Notes: generated from the sequence alone by a model not told the origin. A stretch of 64,000 nt of DNA from a virus (IMGVR_UViG_3300020471_000006:32001-96000); one strand, 5' to 3'. Shown: positions 47,901 through 57,182, numbered from the stretch's first letter. A program made the numbers and translations.

Positions 47901-49390
47901 TAGGAAACGGTGGTGCATCAGGTGGTCCTGGAGGTGCTCCTGGTGGAGACGGAGGACACCAAGGTGGTGGTGCAGGACAATCAGGAGTTAGTTCTTATCG
48001 TTCTGACTGGTTTACTCTTAACTCATTTAGTCATTCAAATGACTATGGTGGTGTTAATAATGGTAATGGTTATGCAACCGCAACTGTTGTATATAATAAT
48101 GACTACTGGACCTCTGGAGGAGGTGGTGGTGGTGCTGGTGGACTTTGGGCAGGTGATATTGGTTGGACTGGATTAAATAATCCTGGATCCATATCAGTAA
48201 CAGTTGGAGCTGGTGGTGCAGGTATTAATCCAGGTGGACAAACTACTGGATCTACTGCAAGTGGTGATGGTGGATACGTCAAGATTGGATTGGGTAAGAT
48301 TGTTGGATACAGTGGTGGACAAACAGGTACATCAGTAGGTGATATTGTTGCAGCTGGATCACAAGACAATACAGTATGGGATGTAAATGTTGTTGGTAAT
48401 GGTCAGGGTACTGGTACTGCTGGTAACTTTAAACTGCCAACCACACAAGTACCAGACGTTTATATTGTTGGTGGTGGTGCTACTACTGCTGCTCAAGCAA
48501 CAGTAACTGTAGCAAATAATAAAGTAACAGCAATCACTTTAGATTCTGCTGGTGCTGGATATACTGAGACACCATATGTTTATGTTATGAATGGTGCTGG
48601 TGGTGGCACTAAGATTACATCAACAATTGATGTACAAGCAGAAAATATTGATCAATTACTATTAACTGCTAATAGTTCAACACAATATACCAACTACGTC
48701 AAGTTCGGTGGTCTCAGTGGTACAACTGGCACACGATTCATTGAATTAGTTCCAGTTGATACAACCAACACACATTATTTTTCGATCAAAGCTTGTCGAG
48801 GTAATGGTGTTAATGGTGGTGATGTAGCAGAAGAAGTGCTACGTGTATACTATCAACCTGCTGATACAACTGGTTGGACATTGATTGATACTATTATTAC
48901 ACCAAACTCTCCTAGAACTGATCCTATTATTGGTAATGTTCCTATTGTTAGTGAAGCATGGGATGGTGCAAGTGGTGCTACTCAATGGTATACTTATTCA
49001 GTAGGATTACCACAAAATGCTAGAGGAGTTGGTACTAAGATTAAGATTGAACAACCACGTGCAACACCTAGTGCCTCTAATGATAATGACTTAGACAGTG
49101 ACCATTATGGTATTGCTGAATTCATTTACTGGAATGAGAAGGTAACAGGTCTTGTATTTGTTCCTACTGCTGGTAAGATCAGTAAATCTGCTGTTGATAA
49201 ACTATCATATACTGTTCAAGGTGAGACAGGTCCAGGTATTACATATAGTTCTGGTTTACAATCATCTGAAGCAACGTTGACATTAAAATCAACTACTAAG
49301 ATAGAACCACAGGCTACTATTGATCCTGATATAGATGTTCCATTGATCACAACATATAGATTATGTAAGTACTTGATCAAAGCTTTCTAA
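44981..49390 (+). CDS. Large collar-domain, glycine-rich tail fibre
   Basis: PVGAIV, GYLYCNG...FPSL, FCVPDL; long GGxGG tracts; terminal KYLIKAF. Start reassigned to ATG 44981. Confidence 0.8.
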   Translation: MTSTQSYRNPRQGFYTDLTVDTTPVGAIVPNLKTGTNSFDHNFVKYGATAFPVLTESAGNAYLLGDDPAYTHDGYLYCNGDEYNIGDFPSLYQIIGNKYGGRSSSGIDVITGGEGYTSAPSITISDPPTGGITATCEAVVESGKIKHINLLLPGKGYTEPPSLTLTGGFTGNGTGSSIQGYTNVLAYIGGIFYTVGNNYTTTPYSGSGLGSGATVNILTIGTYQAGGIGTIAIASGGTGYVVGDKLKINHKYPGAIMSSTYVSGEGANANRTGGVTYAVEVLNSWTSADGEGGEFNVVVAADGSATLDWGSDYIPGPNGNRGWNYVQNETITIPSSSIGGGDDLVIKVLSVTGDGERGSIEVTSVGAGGASFEVRLGSDGEIEGINTNNVMEWWGDPYLGTFCVPDLKTKKVVGNGPVFGQNSPNVGNSQLGVGTTGGAWYLAKEQQDEYFSLGRIVTSGYDQVVESTECSIIGQQQVEITMRESKLSGAPQHNHTVYHSEPGFNSFQAEASGDRYLQDYREGKGRLSRWYPTGGIVFTHKHGLLRSPITDNTVATYDVFDAVGGAGGCGSIKDPSATDKFYMASGASDAGTWEFQTYIPEPVMKKFTGSSNIGGRTVNSGGTPVYDFSDEWEFTSPGSYSINLGNVSGTPDRLIYQVIGGGGSGAAGTSQGNDGGDSVIVVGSELTLTAEGGAKGGASSGMQGGTGGAGGQATSSGSVSAGGALNGFDGANGATGQTSLGWPLADYPNDPSGGGQGGVGGDYGKGSNGINLLVGGQSGTFTETLTGITGTFNFVNASGGIITNPSSVNFVVAGGKGGTAGRGGYTGYNGAVVSVDLVSSELDEFNQGTWSFVRGTAAGGRMNGSGDHGGNGGYGGEGHQEADGGGGGACSIIKRGTQTLVGAGGGGGAGASGYDGGAGVNGSGPPSGYSSPDATTQALGTGGGGTGGHYGCIGGGGGGGGSGVARNGITFGGIGNGGASGGPGGAPGGDGGHQGGGAGQSGVSSYRSDWFTLNSFSHSNDYGGVNNGNGYATATVVYNNDYWTSGGGGGGAGGLWAGDIGWTGLNNPGSISVTVGAGGAGINPGGQTTGSTASGDGGYVKIGLGKIVGYSGGQTGTSVGDIVAAGSQDNTVWDVNVVGNGQGTGTAGNFKLPTTQVPDVYIVGGGATTAAQATVTVANNKVTAITLDSAGAGYTETPYVYVMNGAGGGTKITSTIDVQAENIDQLLLTANSSTQYTNYVKFGGLSGTTGTRFIELVPVDTTNTHYFSIKACRGNGVNGGDVAEEVLRVYYQPADTTGWTLIDTIITPNSPRTDPIIGNVPIVSEAWDGASGATQWYTYSVGLPQNARGVGTKIKIEQPRATPSASNDNDLDSDHYGIAEFIYWNEKVTGLVFVPTAGKISKSAVDKLSYTVQGETGPGITYSSGLQSSEATLTLKSTTKIEPQATIDPDIDVPLITTYRLCKYLIKAF

Positions 49391-49415
49391 ATACTACGGA
49401 GATACTAATAATACA

Positions 49416-50291
49416 ATGGCAGATGCACCAGTACTGCAAGTACAGTTAGATGTAATCAATCAAGAGATTGAGTATGTAGGTACACCAAAAACTATTCCCG
49501 AATCATATTGGAAGGATACGCTCACTCCATTGTTATATCCTTTATGGGACAGTGACAAGGATAAACTTATCATATTCCAGTGGTTTACCAATGACACATA
49601 CATTGCAAAGCGTAGGAAGTACGTAAAAGACTTTAAGACTGGCACATACTCATGGGTTGACTATGAGATGGAACAAGTTGGTGTTGCTGAAGCAACTGCA
49701 CTTAAGGATAAATTAATTGATGGATTCTATTTAATTGATTCACTTGAGAATGATGAGTTCACTAATGAACTCGCTAGAATGTATTCTAAACAAAAAGAAG
49801 TCTCACCTTTGAGTATAAGACTAGCAAGAAATTTCCTTTTAGATGAAACAGATTGGACACAGTTACCTGATGCACCAATTGATGCTGATCTTAAAGCACA
49901 GTATACATTGTATAGAACTAAACTAAGAGAATTAACTGAGTCTACTGAGTTTAGTACAGAAACTGCTGAAACTAAGTTTCCCATTGCTCCTGAATTTTAT
50001 AATAAAATATACAAGGTAGACTTTCCAACTGAAGCATACTTGCAGACTGATGGACAGTTCATTAAGATGGGACAACACCGTCTTAAGAAGTTTAGAGATA
50101 AGATAGCATACTTCTTGACACTCAAGACAGAGACAGATGCCACTTATTTTAGTGACCTACTGGTTCAGTATGAGTCATTCAAGGTTAACATGACACAGGC
50201 TGTGCATAATGAGTTGACACTTGAAGAGAACAAAGATATCTTAGAAAAAATTATACAACAAGCTAATGATTCTCTAGGTGAGTTAGAATAA
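49416..50291 (+). CDS. Tail fibre assembly chaperone-like protein
   Basis: IRLARNFLLDETDWTQLPDAP...YRTKLREL motif; CTAAATA late motif upstream. Confidence 0.7.
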   Translation: MADAPVLQVQLDVINQEIEYVGTPKTIPESYWKDTLTPLLYPLWDSDKDKLIIFQWFTNDTYIAKRRKYVKDFKTGTYSWVDYEMEQVGVAEATALKDKLIDGFYLIDSLENDEFTNELARMYSKQKEVSPLSIRLARNFLLDETDWTQLPDAPIDADLKAQYTLYRTKLRELTESTEFSTETAETKFPIAPEFYNKIYKVDFPTEAYLQTDGQFIKMGQHRLKKFRDKIAYFLTLKTETDATYFSDLLVQYESFKVNMTQAVHNELTLEENKDILEKIIQQANDSLGELE

Positions 50292-50647
50292 TGATTATAC
50301 AAGGCAACGAATTATCTGTATTTGATTTGATGGAGTACTATGCCAATAGGAATCAATGTCATCTATTGTACATGGATCTTAGCAAGTATAATACTCTTGA
50401 CGCAAGCAAGAAAGCAACTGTCAATACATGGTATCAGGATTTCATCGATGAGTATGCACTTGACATAATCAAACAGGGCGTGTATACTACTATCAGGTTT
50501 GACTCAGAAGAGGTTGCTACACTGAATGCTGCTTCTTGGTTCCCTAGACTGGCAGACTGTCCTGACTCAGATCATTTCATAAATGCGTATGTCGTAGATA
50601 CATACGGTGATATAGTATGGCAAAACGTACCAGAAAACCCAAGTTAG
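50291..50647 (+). CDS. Hypothetical protein
   Basis: 118 aa, TAATG-coupled. Confidence 0.65.
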   Translation: MIIQGNELSVFDLMEYYANRNQCHLLYMDLSKYNTLDASKKATVNTWYQDFIDEYALDIIKQGVYTTIRFDSEEVATLNAASWFPRLADCPDSDHFINAYVVDTYGDIVWQNVPENPS

Positions 50648-50841
50648 AGAAATTAGACAATCCGTATCTATTAGACGATAAGTTTATGATGCCAGGATTT
50701 GTTACTAAAGATCCTTATGGTGAATGGGCTGCTGTTCCTTGTGCTGGTAAGCATAACAGGTACATGGTCATACACAATGGTGAAATACTCAAGGCATGCA
50801 GTTATGATGTTGCCTTCAATTTAATGATGAAACACTATTAA
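50617..50841 (+). CDS. Hypothetical protein
   Basis: 74 aa, coupled to the MTase start. Confidence 0.6.
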   Translation: MAKRTRKPKLEKLDNPYLLDDKFMMPGFVTKDPYGEWAAVPCAGKHNRYMVIHNGEILKACSYDVAFNLMMKHY

Positions 50842-51773
50842 TGAAAGATTACATATTATTTGGTGACTGTCTTGACTCACTCAAGATAATTGCAAATGAA
50901 GAACAGAAGGCACGTATGTGTGTCACATCTCCACCTTACTATGGTTTGAGAAACTATGGTGATGAAGAGAAACAGTTAGGTCAGGAACAATCACCTGAAG
51001 AGTATATTGATAATATGGTTAATGTCTTTCGTTTAGTAAGAGATTGTCTTACTGATGATGGTACACTATGGTTAAACATAGGTGATTCATATTATAATTA
51101 CAGAAAGGATGGATGTATACCTAAACAAACATTCTCTCAAAACAGACAAGACTTACCTAAAACTACACCACGTAGATCTAATAAACTTGTAGGATACAAA
51201 GATAAAGATCTTATTGGTATACCTTGGATGCTTGCATTTGCACTACGTGCTGATGGTTGGTATCTAAGGCAGGATATTATATGGCATAAACCAAATCCAA
51301 TGCCAGAGTCAGTTAGAGATCGTTGTACTAAAGCACATGAGTACATATTTCTATTAAGTAAGAGTAAATACTATCACTATGACAACGAAGCAATCAAAGA
51401 ACCTGCAAAGGACTGGGGTACAAGAGACAGAACAAATGGAAAGTACCACAATCCAGGATCAGGACTGCAACCGCATACAGGTCTTACAAAATCATATACA
51501 AAACGCAATAAACGCTCTGTCTGGTCAGTAAATAAGAAACCATACAAGGGTGCTCACTTTGCTACATATCCCGAAGAACTCATTGAACCATGCATCCTCG
51601 CAGGTTCGGAGAAGGGTGATATAGTATTAGATCCGTTCATGGGTAGTGGCACTACCGCATATGTTGCTAAGAAACATAGTAGAGCATACAGAGGGTGTGA
51701 ATTGCATAAGGAGTATGACAGTTTAATAAGTGACCGTATTCGCACCATTCCAAACAAATTACCGTTATACTAA
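50841..51773 (+). CDS. DNA methyltransferase (N4-C/N6-A, beta class)
   Basis: TSPPY catalytic motif before DPFMGSGTT SAM-binding motif; WLNIGDSY, IIWHKPNPMPESV, HFATYP. Confidence 0.92.
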   Translation: MKDYILFGDCLDSLKIIANEEQKARMCVTSPPYYGLRNYGDEEKQLGQEQSPEEYIDNMVNVFRLVRDCLTDDGTLWLNIGDSYYNYRKDGCIPKQTFSQNRQDLPKTTPRRSNKLVGYKDKDLIGIPWMLAFALRADGWYLRQDIIWHKPNPMPESVRDRCTKAHEYIFLLSKSKYYHYDNEAIKEPAKDWGTRDRTNGKYHNPGSGLQPHTGLTKSYTKRNKRSVWSVNKKPYKGAHFATYPEELIEPCILAGSEKGDIVLDPFMGSGTTAYVAKKHSRAYRGCELHKEYDSLISDRIRTIPNKLPLY

Positions 51774-51776
51774 GAA

Positions 51777-52021
51777 TGTTGAGAGGAACTGATGTGGTTC
51801 CTATGCCCCAAACCTACTGACTAGTCTGACTTAGAAGCAGACACATGACCGTTGGTAGAAACCTATTACTGCACATGACAGATGGTTGAGACTCTTAATT
51901 ATACTTCGTAAAGGAGTTAGCATAGAGTCAAGTGGTGGGGGTTCAGGTGTAAGCGATTCCCATAGGGTAAATTTGGGCAACTGGGTGAAACCTAGATCAT
52001 TGCCCCACGTTCCTCTCAACA
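51777..52021 (+). ncRNA. Unassigned ~245-nt structured RNA
   Basis: Perfect 13-bp closing helix TGTTGAGAGGAAC/GTTCCTCTCAACA, several nested internal helices, about 46% GC by hand count, TATACT 5 nt upstream. Confidence 0.7.
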
Positions 52022-52040
52022 CCCCATTATATTTTGAACG

Positions 52041-52460
52041 ATGCCTTCTACAGTATCACAACAACAAAAAGCAAGATTCTTTGCTGAAGGACACACACTC
52101 CCTACATGTGTGAATGATGGTTGTAATAATAATGTACAGGTAAGAGAGTGGAAGTATTGGTCATTCAAATCAGAATGTTCTAGTTGTGCCACTGCACGTA
52201 AGAAAGGAGTTGATAGACCTAATGTTACAAGACATAAAAAGAACTATTGCGAAAACAACGATGGTCATCTAGGATGGACATGTCCTGTATCCACATTCGT
52301 AGGATTTGAGACTAGTCTTGACTTAGACCATTTAGATGGTGATCATCATAACAATGTTCCTAGTAATGTCAAGACATACTGTAAACTATGTCATGGACGT
52401 AAATCAATATTAAATGGAGACTGTAACAGTAACAAATCATCATCGAGGAGTATTGGATGA
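52041..52460 (+). CDS. HNH endonuclease-like protein, Cys-rich
   Basis: LDLDHLDGDHHNNVPSNVKTYCKLCH plus additional Cys pairs. Confidence 0.8.
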   Translation: MPSTVSQQQKARFFAEGHTLPTCVNDGCNNNVQVREWKYWSFKSECSSCATARKKGVDRPNVTRHKKNYCENNDGHLGWTCPVSTFVGFETSLDLDHLDGDHHNNVPSNVKTYCKLCHGRKSILNGDCNSNKSSSRSIG

Positions 52461-53236
52461 TCATACATGATGATGCATTAAATCATTTAACTAAGATGGA
52501 TGGAGATAGTATACACCTTACGTGTACATCTCCTCCATATTTTAATGCAAAGGCATACGCACAGTGGCCAACATATGATAAGTATCTACAATTCCTTGAG
52601 GATATATTCCGTGAAGTTCACAGAGTCACAGTACAAGGAAGGATGTGTGCTGTTAATTTATCACCAGTAATACAAGCACGTGAGTCAAGAGCACATGAAA
52701 GTAAGAGACTTGCGATACCATTCCACTTCTTTAGTATTATGGAGAGATTGGGATGGCAATACATTGATGATATTATATGGTTGAAACCAGAAGGATCTGC
52801 TGTTAATCGTAACGGTGGATTCTATCAGCATCGTAAACCAGTAGCATACAAACCAAATCTTGTTACAGAGACTATATTAATATTCAAGAAGCCTGCACCA
52901 TTCCTTATAGATAAGACAGTGCGTTCCTATGCTCCTGATATATTAGAACAATCATTAGTACCTGATGGTTATGAAAGATCAAATGTATGGCAGTTTAATC
53001 CTGAGACTACATCAAAGCATTTAGCACCATACCCTAAAGAACTATCAGATAAGATTGTACAATACTATTCATTTGTGAATGATGTTGTTCTTGATCCGTT
53101 CATGGGGTCAGGCACTACTGCGATATCATGTCTAGATCATGACAGAAAGTATATTGGTATTGAAATTCATGAAGAGTATGTTAAGATGGCAAATGATCGT
53201 ATTAAGCGTCACACACCACTTAAGAGGTTTCTATGA
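52457..53236 (+). CDS. Second DNA methyltransferase (N4-C/N6-A, beta class)
   Basis: TSPPY, DDIIWLKP, HLAPYP, DPFMGSGTT, YIGIE. Confidence 0.92.
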   Translation: MIIHDDALNHLTKMDGDSIHLTCTSPPYFNAKAYAQWPTYDKYLQFLEDIFREVHRVTVQGRMCAVNLSPVIQARESRAHESKRLAIPFHFFSIMERLGWQYIDDIIWLKPEGSAVNRNGGFYQHRKPVAYKPNLVTETILIFKKPAPFLIDKTVRSYAPDILEQSLVPDGYERSNVWQFNPETTSKHLAPYPKELSDKIVQYYSFVNDVVLDPFMGSGTTAISCLDHDRKYIGIEIHEEYVKMANDRIKRHTPLKRFL

Positions 53237-53433
53237 AGGATCAACAGAGCATTGATGAACAGGAGACACATGATCAGAAATGGAATCGTGGACTGGATTT
53301 ATACATAGAATCAGTACACAAACCTGATAATCAGTTACGTGGTTGTGCTCATAACCAGAAGTGTTTCAATGAACTGATGGAAGTAAGAGCACATGTATTA
53401 GAATACTTAACGACCTTACGGAGACCAGTATGA
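53233..53433 (+). CDS. Hypothetical protein
   Basis: 66 aa, ATGA-coupled on both sides. Confidence 0.65.
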   Translation: MKDQQSIDEQETHDQKWNRGLDLYIESVHKPDNQLRGCAHNQKCFNELMEVRAHVLEYLTTLRRPV

Positions 53434-53783
53434 AAAGTAGAAGAACGATGTTAGCAGAAGCAATACAAATGTATCTTGATGATGCATCTGTTGATGAGTT
53501 TCATGCTGATCTAGAGTCAGAATTAGAGAGACTACAATCATATCATCAACAACATGCTGATGATGCTGCTAAAATGAGTGGCAAAGCACCCAAGACAGTC
53601 CTATTAAATGAAGAGGATTGGAATGAGTGGGGTCAAAACCCTGATTGGACACCACCACCTGAAGAAGGTTATGAGTATACTCCAACCACTATACCTGGTA
53701 AAGCAGAGCAAAAATCATATAATTATGCTGCTCACATTACTATGTCAGATATAGCAAAATTTCACAGGGGTAGCACCTTGTAG
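53430..53783 (+). CDS. Hypothetical protein
   Basis: 117-aa acidic ORF. Confidence 0.6.
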   Translation: MKSRRTMLAEAIQMYLDDASVDEFHADLESELERLQSYHQQHADDAAKMSGKAPKTVLLNEEDWNEWGQNPDWTPPPEEGYEYTPTTIPGKAEQKSYNYAAHITMSDIAKFHRGSTL

Positions 53784-53863
53784 TGTGACAGTTAACAAAC
53801 TGTTTCAAATTGGGTGACAATGGTCTGATCTGTACTATACTAGGTACATCAACAAGTTACCCA

Positions 53864-54022
53864 ATGAAAGTCACTTCAAAAACAAGAAGCACATCAAATG
53901 GGAAGATTATTATCTGCCCTTGTTGTGACCAACCATCAAGAGTATACCACTTTGCGTGGTCAGCACTCTCATGTGCTCACTGTGATGAATCTGTACCCAA
54001 ATTAGCATGGAACTTATTATGA
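53864..54022 (+). CDS. Small zinc-ribbon protein
   Basis: CPCC...CAHC pairs; directly behind a promoter cassette. Confidence 0.6.
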   Translation: MKVTSKTRSTSNGKIIICPCCDQPSRVYHFAWSALSCAHCDESVPKLAWNLL

Positions 54023-54270
54023 ACGAATTGATCCAAGACTTCACTGATAACATTTCATATTGTAAACATGTTATTGGTTGTAATGAAGAGCAGACTGATG
54101 AACTCATTGCTGCTGCTGATGACTTAGGTTGTTCAGTTGAATATTTTTGTGAAGAGTTTATCGTTGCTCCCGATGGTGAACCATGTATGAAATATCAAGA
54201 CGGAGAATTCCTTGATATTGATACATTTAACACATATCATGGCATCTATTTTGAATATGAGGTAGATTAA
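54019..54270 (+). CDS. Acidic hypothetical protein
   Basis: ATGA-coupled ORF (MNELIQDF...). Confidence 0.55.
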   Translation: MNELIQDFTDNISYCKHVIGCNEEQTDELIAAADDLGCSVEYFCEEFIVAPDGEPCMKYQDGEFLDIDTFNTYHGIYFEYEVD

Positions 54271-54488
54271 TGAGTTTGAAAGCAGATACTATTAGTAGGA
54301 TCATTGGGTCTATACTAATAGTAGTCTCTTATTTTGTTATACTGCATGTCAATGTGATTACTGGTACAGTATTACATGCATTTGCTGATGTGATCAGCAT
54401 ACCATATTTCATTCGTACTAAAGGATGGGATGTGGTTATTATGTTATCATTCATGACGTGCATTTCTGTAAGCAAGTTTGCTTTATAA
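54270..54488 (+). CDS. Small membrane protein
   Basis: 72 aa with hydrophobic segments. Confidence 0.6.
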   Translation: MSLKADTISRIIGSILIVVSYFVILHVNVITGTVLHAFADVISIPYFIRTKGWDVVIMLSFMTCISVSKFAL

Positions 54489-54490
54489 CA

Positions 54491-54685
54491 ATGCCAAAGA
54501 AGTTTCCTTTTTCGATAGGTGATCGTGTACGATTCAATGATGATGAAGGGTTCATCACATTTATAGACACAGCGTACTTTACGTTGTGTGTTAGAGAGTG
54601 GGAGGATAAGACTAAGCGTAATGGTGTAGGTCAGGTCAATGTTTTAATATACAGGTCATACTGGGATAAAGTAGAAAGACTGTGA
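54491..54685 (+). CDS. Hypothetical protein (SH3/KOW-like pattern)
   Basis: FSIGDRVRF...GFITFI; start reassigned to ATG 54491. Confidence 0.55.
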   Translation: MPKKFPFSIGDRVRFNDDEGFITFIDTAYFTLCVREWEDKTKRNGVGQVNVLIYRSYWDKVERL

Positions 54686-54763
54686 CACTCAAGAGAGTGT
54701 CCACATTCTATTGCATCCGCTTTTGTATGCACTATAATAAGTACATAACAAACAAAGGAACAC

Positions 54764-54991
54764 ATGACTAGACCAGAATTCGTTGAGTATGTTGAATCAT
54801 TCTACTTACCAACACATGAAGATGTATTATATCCTATTGAAGGATTAACTAGTCAGAAGATTGAAGATGCACTTGATGTGTACATTGAGAGAATTGAGAA
54901 AGGTGACCTAGAGTATGTACATTACTCATGGGGTGGTGGTGATAGTTTAGACAGAGAAAGAGTAAGAGATATCATACTAGAGACAGTTTAA
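54764..54991 (+). CDS. Early hypothetical protein
   Basis: AAAGGA RBS behind a promoter cassette. Confidence 0.65.
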   Translation: MTRPEFVEYVESFYLPTHEDVLYPIEGLTSQKIEDALDVYIERIEKGDLEYVHYSWGGGDSLDRERVRDIILETV

Positions 54992-55064
54992 TTACTGTCA
55001 CACACTCTGTTGCATTCATGCAACCATCCATTATAATAAGTACATCAACCAAAGGAACACTACC

Positions 55065-55463
55065 ATGACCGTAGCAGAAAGAACTCAAGACCTAGTAAAT
55101 GCTCTTGAGAATAACTACAAAGAATACACAAGACAGGGATACATCAGAAATCCATGTGATTATAGTTTAAGGAAACTTGAAGAGATTGACAACGGCACTG
55201 CTAAACTAGTTAAGTTTAGAATACAAAGTGGTCGCAAGTATTACAAACTAATTCAACAGGACTATGATACATTCCAAGATAGAAATGAGTATCGTGATGG
55301 TGGTGTACATGCATTTGTAGATAAAAAGACAGGTGATGTGTTCAAACCAGCAGGTTGGCAAGGACCAGCAAAGTATGCTAGATATAATTTGTTAGATGAA
55401 ACATCTTATCAAAAAGCATTAGCAAGAGCAGATTGGGCAGGTGGTTATCTCTATTTGAGATAA
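55065..55463 (+). CDS. Early hypothetical protein
   Basis: GRKYYKL...VHAFVDKKTGDVFKPAGW; AAAGGA RBS. Confidence 0.7.
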   Translation: MTVAERTQDLVNALENNYKEYTRQGYIRNPCDYSLRKLEEIDNGTAKLVKFRIQSGRKYYKLIQQDYDTFQDRNEYRDGGVHAFVDKKTGDVFKPAGWQGPAKYARYNLLDETSYQKALARADWAGGYLYLR

Positions 55464-55576
55464 TAATAGAGGCAAGGATCTATGGTTGTCTGTGTTCAGC
55501 ATGGAAATTACGTCCTGTAAGTCCTCTTGACTTTCTACTCATTCTCTGTTACACTACAATTAGCACTTTTATCATC

Positions 55577-55870
55577 ATGTCAAAAAAGTTCTACAATCAA
55601 CAATTAAAAGCACAACGCTTGTCACCACTGGTAGTATCTCATGTTAAAGAATTACTCTCTCCTATTGATACGAACAACCAACGCTCTGCATTTACCGTTC
55701 GTATTAATACTAACGCTGATCCTGAGTCTAGAGATTACAGAGCATTTTGGAATTACCAATCTCGTTTCACTCTTGAGTTTGTTAAAGCAGTAGAGTCCTT
55801 GATACCACAGGGTTTACGCCTTGTTGAGTATGATCATTTGAATAATAAACTATCATTGGAGCGTGTGTAA
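55577..55870 (+). CDS. Hypothetical protein
   Basis: Start reassigned to ATG 55577 (MSKKFYNQ). Confidence 0.55.
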   Translation: MSKKFYNQQLKAQRLSPLVVSHVKELLSPIDTNNQRSAFTVRINTNADPESRDYRAFWNYQSRFTLEFVKAVESLIPQGLRLVEYDHLNNKLSLERV

Positions 55871-56104
55871 ATGGACATTATTCTAGAAAGATTTCCGTAT
55901 CGATACGTACAGGATGGTACACTTGAAATCAATGGTAAACCAGACTATCGTATTCAGAAATTCAATGAGTATACTAGACGATACAATGACATGTATTATC
56001 TAGATAATGCAATGCAATTAGATGCATGCTTAGAAGACGTAGAGTACACCAAATGGTTAGATCCAGCAGGTGTTCCAGCATATAGGCATGAAGAAGATGA
56101 ATAA
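55871..56104 (+). CDS. Hypothetical protein
   Basis: 77 aa; ERFPYRYV...YRIQK...MY.LDN..QL. Confidence 0.65.
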   Translation: MDIILERFPYRYVQDGTLEINGKPDYRIQKFNEYTRRYNDMYYLDNAMQLDACLEDVEYTKWLDPAGVPAYRHEEDE

Positions 56105-56324
56105 CATTGATGCACTACGCATCTCTCAACAGAGGGATGCGATTTGTGATTGGGTTGAAGATCGATTCTTCCAATTAATTAAGGAAGAACGACATGATGA
56201 TGCCATAGATTTTGCTGATGAGTATATTGAGTGGATGAATCCCGACTTATACATAAACGAGTCCACTCATTTTTATAACGCAAATGAGCTCACTGAACTC
56301 TATGAATCAATCACAAATGGATGA
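56097..56324 (+). CDS. Hypothetical protein
   Basis: Overlap-coupled; ICDWVEDRF motif. Confidence 0.55.
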   Translation: MNNIDALRISQQRDAICDWVEDRFFQLIKEERHDDAIDFADEYIEWMNPDLYINESTHFYNANELTELYESITNG

Positions 56325-56591
56325 CTCCATGAGAGAACTGGTTCTACAATATTGTGAGGCACAAGCCAATCATGATGATGAACTAGCACAACGTATTCTA
56401 GCAGAGATTGAAATGATTAACAAACTTTGCAATAAAAAGACACATGACTGATGTTAATGGTTGGGAGAGAGAATACCTCTCGGATGCATTTAATGTGATT
56501 AGCAAGCGAGAGAGGCAGATCCTTGAAGGATCACCTCTCAAATCACATGAAGGCATGATTTATGGTAAAATGTATGCTGCATGGAAGAAAC

Positions 56592-57182
56592 AACATGATA
56601 TACCTTGAGAATGCAAATGTTAGTGAAGTATTCAGTGATTTCATAATTGATGTTGAATTTGATAATGATTTAAAACAACTTACTGATGATGTCTATAAGT
56701 TGAAGGATCAGTATACTTCTCAAGGATACAGCAACGTCGGAGGTTGGCAGTCGCCAGGATTTTCACCTCAATCACAAGTCCCAGAAAGTCTCTCTAAACT
56801 ACAGTGGGATGTGTATGAATTTGTTCATACTGTTATTGGTAGAAGATTTAACAAATCTATTAGTAAAGAACAAATAGGTTGGTGGACTAGTATTAATGAG
56901 AAGCATTGCTATAATAGTATACATCATCATGGTCGAACAGATGTGATTGCGATAGCGTACATAAAAGCACAACCTAACAGTGGTGATCTTGTAGTATCTC
57001 GCAATGACGGTTCAACTTACACACGATTAGATGATGATAACACTTATTCAATACCTGCTAATGCTGGTAGGTTAATTGTATTACCAGGTCATGTATGGCA
57101 TTACGTCAATGAGAATAATAATAATGATGATCGCATAAGTGTATCATATAACTTTTATGTACAATTAAAGTGGAATGGTTAA
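56592..57182 (+). CDS. 2OG-Fe(II) oxygenase (TIGR02466-like)
   Basis: SNVGGWQS, HHHGRTD, HVWHYV, RISVSYN. Confidence 0.8.
   Translation, partial: NMIYLENANVSEVFSDFIIDVEFDNDLKQLTDDVYKLKDQYTSQGYSNVGGWQSPGFSPQSQVPESLSKLQWDVYEFVHTVIGRRFNKSISKEQIGWWTSINEKHCYNSIHHHGRTDVIAIAYIKAQPNSGDLVVSRNDGSTYTRLDDDNTYSIPANAGRLIVLPGHVWHYVNENNNNDDRISVSYNFYVQLKWNG

Noticed and set aside
23320-48369. Many 60-190 aa alternative-frame and antisense ORFs inside the giant and fibre genes (e.g. 38158..38724)
   Set aside because: Expected shadows of strong codon bias with T-ending codons; low-complexity L/V/S-rich translations without RBS.
46900-48450. GGT-rich tract as a DNA repeat or CRISPR-like array
   Set aside because: Explained by glycine-rich fibre coding; no constant repeat-spacer periodicity anywhere in the window.
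51777-52021. Hammerhead ribozyme, group I intron or RNase P reading of the structured RNA
   Set aside because: CTGATGT is not CUGAUGA and GAAA is not placed after stem II; no interrupted gene or convincing P7 elements; no GAGGAAAGTCC.
51831-52113. ORFs 51831..52022 (-) and 51886..52113 (+)
   Set aside because: No RBS, no recognisable motif; they overlap the structured RNA and the HNH start.
53785-55001. Early palindrome as an NtcA or CRP site
   Set aside because: Spacing does not fit GTA-N8-TAC or TGTGA-N6-TCACA.
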